From a virus: DNA of 64,000 nucleotides. Location of the stretch: IMG/VR virus record IMGVR_UViG_3300007609_000005, positions 32,001 through 96,000 of that record; one strand, written 5' to 3'. The notes beneath the pieces are model-generated. The model did not search any database, had not been told where the DNA came from, and worked only from the letters and a program-made list of their open reading frames with translations. Of this stretch, positions 30,754-40,011 are shown in pieces; within the stretch, counting starts at the first letter, position 1; the number at the start of each line of letters is the position of its first letter. A program made the translations under genes and the position numbers.

Positions 30754-31494
30754 ATGAACATTGACGAAGTAAAAAAGAAATTAGAGGTATTCAATGACCC
30801 ACAATTCACATTTAATGAGGAGAAACATATGTATCACTACAAAGGTGAGAGGTATATATCAGCAACTCAATTCCTTGAAAAATTCCATAAACCATTCGAT
30901 CAAAATTATTGGTCGAAAAGGAAAGCAGATGAACGTGGTGTTGAGCAACAAGTAGTACTTGATGAATGGCAAGAACTGAATGACTATGCAAATATAGTAG
31001 GATCTGCTACACATGAATGGATAGAGAATTACTTTAACCGAGTATATCAAGAACTACCAACCAATTTAGATATAATCGACCGAATCAACAAATTCAATAA
31101 GATATACCCAACACACCTTTCCAAATTAGAACCGATAAAAATGGAAACCCGGGTATTTTCCAAGAAATACCCAATTGCAGGAACTATTGATTCACTGTTT
31201 CTCTACAAGGGGAAAATTGTCATTGTTGATTATAAGACCAATAAAAAATTTACAACGGATGAAGATAATAGATGGAATATGTTGTTACCTCCATTTGATG
31301 ATCACTATGAGAATCATCACAATGAATATTCCATACAAGTATCATTATATGCATACATTTTGAAAGAGTGGGGATTTGATGTTGCTGGCGGCTATCTACT
31401 ATACATTGGACCTAATGATGATGCAAAATTTTACAAATCACACAACTTTATTGATAGACTTGGTGAATATTTACCACAACATAAGTTTGAATAA
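30754..31494 (+). CDS. PD-(D/E)XK exonuclease (Cas4/RecB-like)
   Basis: GSATH, AGTID, VDYKT, QVSLY. Confidence 0.8.
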   Translation: MNIDEVKKKLEVFNDPQFTFNEEKHMYHYKGERYISATQFLEKFHKPFDQNYWSKRKADERGVEQQVVLDEWQELNDYANIVGSATHEWIENYFNRVYQELPTNLDIIDRINKFNKIYPTHLSKLEPIKMETRVFSKKYPIAGTIDSLFLYKGKIVIVDYKTNKKFTTDEDNRWNMLLPPFDDHYENHHNEYSIQVSLYAYILKEWGFDVAGGYLLYIGPNDDAKFYKSHNFIDRLGEYLPQHKFE

Positions 31495-31527
31495 TTAGTA
31501 TAACAATTATAAAAAAGATATAAAATT

Positions 31528-31983
31528 ATGGATTTTAGAATAGTAAACACCGAAACACTTCTTAAAAACTTCAAACCATATCACGAGTCTATGGATTTGA
31601 TCAATGAGGAGAAAAAGAAATTCACTGATAGAGTTGATAGTATCAGAAATGAAATGGAAGGACTTGTCAAATCATCACAATTGATATTAGACGACAAGAG
31701 TACTCAGTCAAAAAAGGAAAGATTCAATGAATTGCAAACAGAGGCAGTTGAACTAGAAAACGAATTCAGACAGATGATATCTAAAATGCAAAACGAAGAG
31801 TTGGATAAGAACTTCAAAGATATTACTGACATCACACAAGAATGGGCAGTTAATAATGATGTAAAACACGTATTCAATGCACTTCAAATGGCATATACTG
31901 ATGGTACTGCAGATTGTACAGATGAAATCATTGAACTTATCAAAGAAAGAAACTTATATAAAGAATTTACTGAGGAAACCTAA
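31528..31983 (+). CDS. OmpH/Skp-like chaperone lacking a signal peptide
   Basis: VNTETLL N-terminus, long coiled coil, C-terminal DCTDEII. Confidence 0.6.
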   Translation: MDFRIVNTETLLKNFKPYHESMDLINEEKKKFTDRVDSIRNEMEGLVKSSQLILDDKSTQSKKERFNELQTEAVELENEFRQMISKMQNEELDKNFKDITDITQEWAVNNDVKHVFNALQMAYTDGTADCTDEIIELIKERNLYKEFTEET

Positions 31984-31988
31984 AACCA

Positions 31989-32378
31989 ATGATTGATTAT
32001 CCACAATATAGAATATTAAAATATTTCTATAGTGATAGAACAATTTCAGACTCATTTATAGATTCACGTGAGCGATTCGTTGTTGGTTATACTCTAATAA
32101 CTCAAGATGGATATTTGTATTTTAACCAAAGTAATGGAGATGTATGCAATATTAACACGGAACAATTAAAAGAACAAGATGTTCTATTAGAAAAAGAATG
32201 GGCAAATCCTAAACAAATTTCAGAAATTCTTAGAACACAACCATATGACCTTGGATCAAATGAATGGTCAAGTGGATATGGAATGTACTCAAAAGAACTT
32301 TGGAGACTTGTTCTCAAAGAGTTCAGAAATCATAAAATGGAGATATTATTGGATAAATTTGATTATAAACACCAATAA
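31989..32378 (+). CDS. Hypothetical protein with C-terminal motif
   Basis: RNHKMEILL. Confidence 0.65.
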   Translation: MIDYPQYRILKYFYSDRTISDSFIDSRERFVVGYTLITQDGYLYFNQSNGDVCNINTEQLKEQDVLLEKEWANPKQISEILRTQPYDLGSNEWSSGYGMYSKELWRLVLKEFRNHKMEILLDKFDYKHQ

Positions 32379-32423
32379 CGGAATTTGGATACCATTAAAA
32401 AAAAAGAAATTCTTCTTAAATGA

Positions 32424-32909
32424 TCATTTAAACTCATTTAAAAACTTCCTTTCTTTGCTTATAGGCTTTTTTTCGGATTCGTATCTAAGTTTAATCCAAT
32501 CAAGTATTTTAGCCTCATCGATATCCAATTCTAATTTTTCTAACCTATCGTCAGTGTAACCTGCCCAAATTTCAATATCCGGTCCAAAAGTACTATCAAC
32601 TGCCAATATTTTAATATTCTTGGACAACACACCCTTATTACCCAACCACCCATGGAATAAATAAACATCATGCTGTGAGGAGTGCTTTTCTTGCATCTTG
32701 GATATAGACTGTCTTAACTTGTTTGATTCAGTTTTTATTTCATCATTTTTTTCTACCTCTCTCGTATCACTACCTTTCTCCTTGTCCTTAATGGCCCTTT
32801 TCAATAACTTCATAGCATCTCTCCTATCCATAAACTTATTTAACTTATCTTTAACTTTGTGTTTGAACATATCAAAGTCAAACTCTTCATACGTTTTAAT
32901 ATTTTCCAT
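32424..32909 (-). CDS. Hypothetical protein (MENIKTYEE)
   Basis: TATATA promoter and N-terminal motif. Confidence 0.7.
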   Translation of the reverse strand: MENIKTYEEFDFDMFKHKVKDKLNKFMDRRDAMKLLKRAIKDKEKGSDTREVEKNDEIKTESNKLRQSISKMQEKHSSQHDVYLFHGWLGNKGVLSKNIKILAVDSTFGPDIEIWAGYTDDRLEKLELDIDEAKILDWIKLRYESEKKPISKERKFLNEFK

Positions 32910-32928
32910 AACCTATATATTATATTTT

Positions 32929-33723
32929 TTAACGAAAATTTTCATCAATCACCTTCTTATAAAACTTATTACAAACCTTCATAAAAGGTTCATCTAATTT
33001 GGCAAATTTACTATCAAGGTAATCCAAATCGGGGAATAATGTTTCTCCACCATCACAGTATTCACATGCTGTGTATACTTCACCGGAACCACCACATTCA
33101 TAACAAGTATCACCATAACCATCTTCCCCCTCCCCATTACAATCACTACACACTTCTTCTTCTTCACCTGCACCGTGACACATATCACATATCACATTAT
33201 AATCCTCTAATTCTCTACTAAACTCCTTCATTACATCCCAAACCATCTTACTAATTTGATAAACATCCATTAACCCGGATTCTTCCATATATTCCATCAT
33301 GTCCAAATGAAGTTGTATATCCTCATGGCTACTACTAAAACTCCTCCCACCACTTGATGCATAACCATTGAAGTAATATTGTGAGTGCCCCCCATTATTA
33401 ACCTGACCAATATAATTCATTATCATTATGACAAGAGCCAACCTATGGTCCTTTCTCCTAACGAATTCCAAAAAATCATCATAATTCCATGTTGAAGAAT
33501 CAAATCTCAGGTCATTTTCGTGTTCTTTCCATACACGATAATAATATTCATATATGGCCTCACAATAATTACCCACTCCATATGATGCTAAATTAAATAT
33601 CTTATGTTTCTTACCAACTGATTCAGAAAGACCCCTATCCTTTATTTTATCAAGAATGTTATTCAACATATCGTCTGATAATCTTTCGGATTCAAATATT
33701 CTCCAAGTTTTCAAGTGTTCCAT
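32929..33723 (-). CDS. DMP19/DUF4375-like protein with inserted DnaJ-type zinc finger
   Basis: QVNNGGHSQYYFN; four CxxCxG(xG) repeats. Confidence 0.6.
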   Translation of the reverse strand: MEHLKTWRIFESERLSDDMLNNILDKIKDRGLSESVGKKHKIFNLASYGVGNYCEAIYEYYYRVWKEHENDLRFDSSTWNYDDFLEFVRRKDHRLALVIMIMNYIGQVNNGGHSQYYFNGYASSGGRSFSSSHEDIQLHLDMMEYMEESGLMDVYQISKMVWDVMKEFSRELEDYNVICDMCHGAGEEEEVCSDCNGEGEDGYGDTCYECGGSGEVYTACEYCDGGETLFPDLDYLDSKFAKLDEPFMKVCNKFYKKVIDENFR

Positions 33724-33739
33724 TTAATATATATTAAAT
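33724..33739. promoter_or_regulatory. Palindromic bidirectional TATATA (late-type) promoter
   Basis: TTAATATATATTAA sits in the 16-bp gap between two divergent ATGs. Confidence 0.65.
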
Positions 33740-34681
33740 ATGAAACATTTAAAGAGCTTTTTTGAAAGTAGAATTGAACATTTATACCAACCATGTGGTA
33801 TATCTTGTGGGAACACTGTTCTCAAAATGTTATTGAATTTTTATGGAATATGTCCAGACACATCAATAGAAGAACTTATACGTATATGTGGCACAGACAA
33901 TAAAACTGGTACAACAGATAAGAAGTTAAAAGTTGGATTAGAATATGCTAACATACCACACGAACAAAATACAGTCATTGGAGAGGATTCTATAACTGAT
34001 CTCAAATCAAGATTAGGCAACGAACTATTCCTTATGAGAACTTTAACCAAAGGAATACCACATTGGATACTTGTATATCATTATGACGGTTCTATGTGGG
34101 ATGTTATGGACCCTTGGTTGGGTGAAATACAGTACAATGACCAAGAGATATTAGATATATGGGAACCAAGAAATTATGATGGGTTTTATGTACCAAGGAC
34201 ATTACCCCAATTGGAAAGATTTAATTTCTTTAATAAGAAAGAGAAATATCCAATTTCCCTTATTGGAAAAGAAGATATAGATGATGTTCTTGAATTGGCT
34301 GATAAAGTTTTTTGGGATTCCGGAATGGATAATAAGTTATATATCGGCTCAAATGCAGATTGGAGTATATCAGTTAAGATGGTGGATAGTGATCGAATAA
34401 TTGGGTTCTACATATTTAACAAAGAAGGATTACCATTCTCAAATGATAAATTCTCAGGTAAGGCAGTTCAGGGTGTTGCACTTGGAATAGATGAAGAATA
34501 TAAAGGGAAAGGACTTGGTAAGAAACTTATACAATATCCGTATGAGAATTTGGGAAACCAGTTCGATTATATATGGGGTATGCAACTTAAATCATTAAAG
34601 AACATCGATGATTGGTTGAAGAGAAGAGAAATTGTTGCAGATATGGGTGGTATGTACATAACTGCCGGATTATTAAACTAA
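33740..34681 (+). CDS. Peptidase C39-like domain fused to GNAT acetyltransferase
   Basis: Q...SCG, HW, DPW; YKGKGLGKKL acetyl-CoA motif A; starts MKHLKSFFE. Confidence 0.75.
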   Translation: MKHLKSFFESRIEHLYQPCGISCGNTVLKMLLNFYGICPDTSIEELIRICGTDNKTGTTDKKLKVGLEYANIPHEQNTVIGEDSITDLKSRLGNELFLMRTLTKGIPHWILVYHYDGSMWDVMDPWLGEIQYNDQEILDIWEPRNYDGFYVPRTLPQLERFNFFNKKEKYPISLIGKEDIDDVLELADKVFWDSGMDNKLYIGSNADWSISVKMVDSDRIIGFYIFNKEGLPFSNDKFSGKAVQGVALGIDEEYKGKGLGKKLIQYPYENLGNQFDYIWGMQLKSLKNIDDWLKRREIVADMGGMYITAGLLN

Positions 34682-34690
34682 TATACTAAT

Positions 34691-35263
34691 ATGAAACACC
34701 TAAAGAAATTCAATGAAATCAGTGGCTATCGGTCTAACTTCGACTTCGATAAGAATGAAATATACTACCACGGAACTACAGAACCGTTTGACAATTTCAC
34801 ATTGGGGAACAGAGTTACTACAAAAACCTATGGAAATAAAGCACCTGATCAAGGTCTCGGAACATTTTTCACTGATAATCTAACTATGGCAAAATGGTTT
34901 GCCGGTCGAACAGAATATGATCTCGATACCGAGAAGTATGAGGAACTATCTGGAACAGGTAGGGTAGTATCTGCCAATCTCAATATAAAGAAACCTTGGA
35001 TACTTAACGATAATTACTTAGACTATATGTCAAAAGAAGATTTTATTAATTGGGAAGACCCAATACAAGTTTATTTTGATATAATCAATACTGAAAGTGG
35101 TGGTGAAAATTTTAAAGAAAAGTTAAAAACTGATGGATATGATTCTGTAATAGTCAAAGGCGGTACAACAAATTATTATGAATACCCAAATACATATGAC
35201 ATTATTGTAGTGTTCAACCCATCACAGATCAATGTTATCTCAAAGAACGTTTTATCTGACTGA
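34691..35263 (+). CDS. ADP-ribosyltransferase-like (ART-PolyVal-type) protein
   Basis: YYHGT, GTFFT, GYDSV, VVFNPSQI; starts MKHLKKFNE. Confidence 0.7.
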   Translation: MKHLKKFNEISGYRSNFDFDKNEIYYHGTTEPFDNFTLGNRVTTKTYGNKAPDQGLGTFFTDNLTMAKWFAGRTEYDLDTEKYEELSGTGRVVSANLNIKKPWILNDNYLDYMSKEDFINWEDPIQVYFDIINTESGGENFKEKLKTDGYDSVIVKGGTTNYYEYPNTYDIIVVFNPSQINVISKNVLSD

Positions 35264-35302
35264 ATTTCTAATATATATATATATATAAACCTATTTAGAA
35301 TT

Positions 35303-35569
35303 ATGAAACACTTAAGCACATTCAATGAACATTATGGACCAATTTATGACATAGGTGATAAATATGAAAGAATATCACCAATTGGACCAGGAGTTGCTGG
35401 AATGGGTAGAAAATTCAATAGTTTCACAATAGTTGATGATACACCAACCCATTATAAGATTCGCGGTAAGATTGTAAGTGGTATAGACGATACACGTAAA
35501 ATACACAAGAAGGACTTCAATGAGTTCATGAAAAATTTCAAAAGAGTACTACATATAGGAAAAGATTAA
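35303..35569 (+). CDS. Hypothetical protein (MKHLSTFNE)
   Basis: ORF after an (AT)8 run. Confidence 0.7.
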   Translation: MKHLSTFNEHYGPIYDIGDKYERISPIGPGVAGMGRKFNSFTIVDDTPTHYKIRGKIVSGIDDTRKIHKKDFNEFMKNFKRVLHIGKD

Positions 35570-35586
35570 TTTATTATCTTTGTTAA

Positions 35587-35880
35587 ATGACTGAAAAGGA
35601 TGTTCAAAAACTAAATGAATTAGTAACTGATAGTTTCCATTTCCATTTACATAATACACATACCAAAAAATGGCTAATCATTATTCATAAAGAAAGCAAA
35701 ACAACATTATTTAAATTCGAAAGTCACACATTCACCCTAGAGAAATTAATGAAAACTCTTAGACAAAACATGAAAAGTAAGCATATATATGGGTCTAGTA
35801 GGAAATACCGAGAAGAATTATATAAACAACTCAAACATTATGACCGAAATAGAAAACTAAAAGAACTTCTTGATATATAA
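35587..35880 (+). CDS. Hypothetical protein with C-terminal motif
   Basis: Ends RNRKLKELLDI; TAnnTTTG at 35575. Confidence 0.7.
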   Translation: MTEKDVQKLNELVTDSFHFHLHNTHTKKWLIIIHKESKTTLFKFESHTFTLEKLMKTLRQNMKSKHIYGSSRKYREELYKQLKHYDRNRKLKELLDI

Positions 35881-35886
35881 AGAGTA

Positions 35887-35949
35887 ATGAATAATAAATC
35901 TGAAAATAACTTAGTGGTCGTCACTGATATCGTCAAGATGTTGGTGTAG
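35887..35949 (+). CDS. Val-rich attenuator leader peptide
   Basis: MNNKSENNLVVVTDIVKMLV*; five Val codons (GTG GTC GTC, GTC, GTG) directly upstream of valS. Confidence 0.75.
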   Translation: MNNKSENNLVVVTDIVKMLV

Positions 35950-36014
35950 ATAACTAATTCATTATATCCCAAGTGAATCCCAACATCTGAAACAGGTGTT
36001 GGGATTCTCCGTTT
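35936..36014 (+). promoter_or_regulatory. Attenuator terminator/antiterminator of valS
   Basis: 15-bp hairpin 35975-35989/35993-36007; AGATGTTGG (35936-35944) is complementary to CCAACATCT (35980-35988). Confidence 0.72.
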
Positions 36015-36037
36015 ACAAAAAATTAAAATCAAAAATT

Positions 36038-37366
36038 ATGAAAACTAAAAAATATTTAATAGATACTCCACCTGCAACAATTTCAGGTAAATTGCACATA
36101 GGACATCTGTTCTCTTATACACAGGCAGATATTATCGCCCGATACCATAGATACAAAGGCGATGAACTGATATATCCTTGGTGCTTCGATAACAATGGGT
36201 TACCTACATATAAATTGGCAAACAATCGAAAGATTAAAGGTCATGACAACATACTCAACTTCTCAATCGAACGTTCTAATGAGTACATAGACACATTCAA
36301 TAATGCAGGTATAGAGTTCGGAAATACCGAGTACCACACATTTTCTGAATCATCCATAGATATTGCATATAAGGCATTCGAGTTACTGAAGTCAAAGGGT
36401 ATAATCTATAAAAAGGAAACTGAATTCATGTGGTGTCCTAAACAAAAATGTTCCATATCACAATCTGAACTGGGTGATGATGGTAGAATAGAACGTAGTG
36501 GTGAATTTCCAGAGATAAAGACGGGGTGGGGCTGGTTCATAGACATCAAGAACCATATTCCACAGATAAAGGAAAAAATAGAGGAAATAGATTGGAAGCC
36601 TGAGAGGTTTAAACAGAATGCACTAAATTGGGCAGATAACATTGAATGGGATTGGTCCATATCAAGAGAACGGTATTATGGTATTCCGATACCAGGTGAA
36701 GAAAGAATGACATTTGACACTTGGTTCATCTCTTCCCTATCGCCACAACTGGCTTGGAACTCATATACGGGTGATACTAGCCTAGATATCCCTATATTTG
36801 ATATGAGATACCAAGGACATGATATTATTCGAACATGGGCTTTCTATACGATTGCAATGTCATATTTTTTAAACAATCAAATACCTTGGAAGACACTTAT
36901 GATAACAGGACATACACTTGATGGTAAGGGAGATAAGTTCTCCAAGTCATCTGGAAATGCCACTGATCCAAGACCATATATCGATAGACACAAACCATCA
37001 GGAATAAGATGGTGGGCATGTTCAACAACCTTGGGGAATGATATAAAACTAGATGAGCCAAAGATGAAAATGGGTTGGCGTATTGAGAACAAACTTCTAA
37101 ACGCCAAGAAATTCATAAAAATGCAAATAGATAATGAGTGGATAGGTGAAGATGAAAGCCTTATGACGGAATATTTAGACCATAAGGATCGGATACTTGA
37201 ACATTTCGAAAATTATGAACTGGATAAGGCAACTGATCACATATACACATTCTTTTGGAATATATTCTGTGATAAGTGGATAGAGGCATCCAAGAAAAAC
37301 CCAACTTCAATAACATTGAATAATATAATTACTGACTTCGAAAAAATAATGAATATCATATTATGA
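36038..37366 (+). CDS. valS: Minimal valyl-tRNA synthetase lacking CP1 editing domain
   Basis: DTPPATISGKLHIGH, WDWSISRERYYGIPIP, FDTWF, QGHDIIRTW, KFSKS; 442 aa. Confidence 0.88.
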   Translation: MKTKKYLIDTPPATISGKLHIGHLFSYTQADIIARYHRYKGDELIYPWCFDNNGLPTYKLANNRKIKGHDNILNFSIERSNEYIDTFNNAGIEFGNTEYHTFSESSIDIAYKAFELLKSKGIIYKKETEFMWCPKQKCSISQSELGDDGRIERSGEFPEIKTGWGWFIDIKNHIPQIKEKIEEIDWKPERFKQNALNWADNIEWDWSISRERYYGIPIPGEERMTFDTWFISSLSPQLAWNSYTGDTSLDIPIFDMRYQGHDIIRTWAFYTIAMSYFLNNQIPWKTLMITGHTLDGKGDKFSKSSGNATDPRPYIDRHKPSGIRWWACSTTLGNDIKLDEPKMKMGWRIENKLLNAKKFIKMQIDNEWIGEDESLMTEYLDHKDRILEHFENYELDKATDHIYTFFWNIFCDKWIEASKKNPTSITLNNIITDFEKIMNIIL

Positions 37367-37998
37367 GAAATAAAACATATTACCCAAATGATATGCTTGA
37401 TATAGTGGAATATGTCAAAGAAAACCCAAGTGATAAATCACCAGAAGAAATTTATAACGACTGGACAATTCATACTAATAATAAATTAACAGAACATGAA
37501 AGAGGAACACTAGGGGATATTAAAATATTCAGAGAAAAATTAAAAGGGGATTCAGAACTTGTTCTTTTTTGGGATGGTCGACAATCATCAAGAGTATTTG
37601 AACTCGCCCAAAATAAATATTTCAATGATACTAAATATTGGGATTTCAATCAAAATTCTTTTATACACGCATTCAGAATGGACATCAGTAATATAAATAG
37701 TCTATGGAGTCCATATAAGGATGATAAATATTTCCAATTTTATAAACACACATTCGATAATGGTAATGAGATGATATTATTGTTCGGTTCTTTATCACCC
37801 GAAGACGATTCTTATAAATATGATAAATATACACTCAGTGATGTTATACGAGAAGAGGGAATATCTAAATATATGACATTCATAGAATCATCATTGTCAA
37901 ATCCATGGCTTATGGTATTATTCAAGGATAATCCCGAATATGGATTTGAATATGAGAATGGTATTGAGGTAATAGAGAAAAGATTCTCCAAAAAATAA
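37363..37998 (+). CDS. Hypothetical protein
   Basis: 211 aa ORF. Confidence 0.7.
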   Translation: MRNKTYYPNDMLDIVEYVKENPSDKSPEEIYNDWTIHTNNKLTEHERGTLGDIKIFREKLKGDSELVLFWDGRQSSRVFELAQNKYFNDTKYWDFNQNSFIHAFRMDISNINSLWSPYKDDKYFQFYKHTFDNGNEMILLFGSLSPEDDSYKYDKYTLSDVIREEGISKYMTFIESSLSNPWLMVLFKDNPEYGFEYENGIEVIEKRFSKK

Positions 37999-38011
37999 AT
38001 AAACCAGTAAT

Positions 38012-38506
38012 ATGAAAAAGCCAACACGACAAGAAATCGCCAATAAGTTTGATACTTGGGTAGAGAACTATGAACCGGATACACACGATCTACAATCTAT
38101 TTTTGAGGCGGGAATTGAATATGCATTTGAGTATCAAAAACCATCAAGAGTGATGAGAACTTATACAGAACTTGGATTCCCAATAGATGTTAAACTCATA
38201 CATGATATAATGACCAATAAAGTTGATCATGAATTATACGATGAGTTATACAATATGGATAATATAGAAATCACTAAGGTTGATACATCCAGAACAGAAA
38301 GTAATTGGACTGATACGTGGATAACGATTATTTTCACTGCATGGGATAGTAATCAGGAATATAAAAACAATACTATCAAAATTGATAACTTAGGCAGAGT
38401 GACTGTGGATATAAATGATACACCATGGGAAAGTGGGGGTGTTTCTAGAGAAATTGAAGAAATTGTTATGGGTCTAGTTACAAAAGCTAAATATGTAACT
38501 GATTGA
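38012..38506 (+). CDS. Hypothetical protein
   Basis: 164 aa ORF. Confidence 0.7.
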   Translation: MKKPTRQEIANKFDTWVENYEPDTHDLQSIFEAGIEYAFEYQKPSRVMRTYTELGFPIDVKLIHDIMTNKVDHELYDELYNMDNIEITKVDTSRTESNWTDTWITIIFTAWDSNQEYKNNTIKIDNLGRVTVDINDTPWESGGVSREIEEIVMGLVTKAKYVTD

Positions 38507-38533
38507 TATAATTAAAAACGAAGAACCATAGCA

Positions 38534-38842
38534 ATGAAGAATGAATTAGTTCCAAAAATAGGACAGCAAATAATCTGTATAAAAAGTGATCATATCACTG
38601 ATATAAATGATGGTATATCTAAAGGCAAAACTTATACCATTCATGATATAACTACTCCAGAGGATAACAGAAATGGTTGGGCACATGGAACAAAAAGCTG
38701 TGTTTTCTTATTTGAACCAAAGTGGTCGATTATTATTGATAACGGAACAATAGTCAGTTATAACCTTTCAGAATTATGTGAATATTTCAATGCTAAAGGA
38801 CTACTCAGAAATGATACAATAAATAGCATACTATATGGATAG
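38534..38842 (+). CDS. Hypothetical protein with C-terminal motif
   Basis: Ends RNDTINSILYG. Confidence 0.7.
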   Translation: MKNELVPKIGQQIICIKSDHITDINDGISKGKTYTIHDITTPEDNRNGWAHGTKSCVFLFEPKWSIIIDNGTIVSYNLSELCEYFNAKGLLRNDTINSILYG

Positions 38843-38915
38843 TTATTTTCACGGCAAAGAAAATATTGGGTAACTAAATTTCATTCCGTATATTTGTTCA
38901 TATAATAAATATGCA

Positions 38916-39227
38916 ATGAAAATAAACCTAAGCGAAAATGTTATCATATACCCAAGTAAAGAAGGTTGGATAAAAATCTATGAAACATTTGCAAATAGGT
39001 ATAGGAAACCCTATAATGAAGCAATAAACCATATAGATGAGTATAACCGAACAGATGATAATGGATTTAAGGAACAATTATGGGTAATTATGGAAATGTA
39101 TAATGGGTTATTATATAATGGAAGTACATTACTCTCTAATATGGATGTGGACCTATTGAATAATTATACCCTATCTGAACAAGATAAAAGAAGTATTAAA
39201 TTACAAAATATCTTAGACAATAAATAA
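38916..39227 (+). CDS. Hypothetical protein with C-terminal motif
   Basis: Ends RSIKLQNILDNK. Confidence 0.7.
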   Translation: MKINLSENVIIYPSKEGWIKIYETFANRYRKPYNEAINHIDEYNRTDDNGFKEQLWVIMEMYNGLLYNGSTLLSNMDVDLLNNYTLSEQDKRSIKLQNILDNK

Positions 39228-39270
39228 TATTAAATTATTTTTGTATATTTGTACAAACAAACACTCACAA

Positions 39271-39705
39271 ATGGAAATTTACGAAGTAACTTACAAGAAC
39301 GAATTAGCAAGAGTAAAAAAATACCCATCAGATTATTATGATATCGATGGGAAAATAGCATTCCGTGTTGTAATCGAAGAGAATGTTCATACAGTTGTGG
39401 TTATGGCAAAAAACATAGAAGCAGTTCGTAACGTGTATAAAGAGGAAACTCACACATGTAATGGATTCACAAAACGAACATTATATGATGTTGAAATAAA
39501 ACACTTACGTTCCGAAGAAAATCAATTTGAAGCACTTTTCCCAGATGATAAAGTGACTACAGTCAAGCCACAGAAAACCAAAACAACCAGAGACATCCGG
39601 GAAGAAGATGCATTCTGTGCAGACGAAGTTCAAGAAAGGTATAGTAAATTGGATGACTCAGGTAAAGAATATATGAGAACTCACAGAGAATACTCAGATT
39701 TTTGA
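39271..39705 (+). CDS. Hypothetical protein
   Basis: ATG after TAnnTTTG (39244). Confidence 0.7.
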   Translation: MEIYEVTYKNELARVKKYPSDYYDIDGKIAFRVVIEENVHTVVVMAKNIEAVRNVYKEETHTCNGFTKRTLYDVEIKHLRSEENQFEALFPDDKVTTVKPQKTKTTRDIREEDAFCADEVQERYSKLDDSGKEYMRTHREYSDF

Positions 39706-39738
39706 TTAAATATATAATATACAAAAAAAAGAGTCAAA

Positions 39739-40011
39739 ATGACAAAAATCAAAAAATTCACCGAAAATACATCACCGAAAGCAAAAGATAAGTACCTAAC
39801 AGTTGGGAAAATGAAAGAATTGCTTAATAAATACCAAGATGATATGCTTATTGGAGCAATTGGACACTTTGGTGAATTCATGGAAATGACGGATTTTGAT
39901 GTTTCATCAAGAAAATCATATTTAACCAATGGGTCAAGTTGGAGAAACCGTGGTGAAGAAGTAACAGTAGTGGAACTCACAGTTCCTGAAAAGGGTCCAG
40001 AGCCAGACTAA
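39739..40011 (+). CDS. Hypothetical protein (MTKIKKFTE)
   Basis: TATATA promoter and N-terminal motif. Confidence 0.7.
   Translation: MTKIKKFTENTSPKAKDKYLTVGKMKELLNKYQDDMLIGAIGHFGEFMEMTDFDVSSRKSYLTNGSSWRNRGEEVTVVELTVPEKGPEPD

Noticed and set aside
30754-31494. Cas4 as evidence of a CRISPR-Cas system
   Set aside because: Stand-alone PD-(D/E)XK nuclease with no Fe-S cysteines, other cas genes or array.
35881-36037. T-box riboswitch or tRNA upstream of valS
   Set aside because: No T-box consensus or cloverleaf seen; a leader-peptide attenuator fits better.
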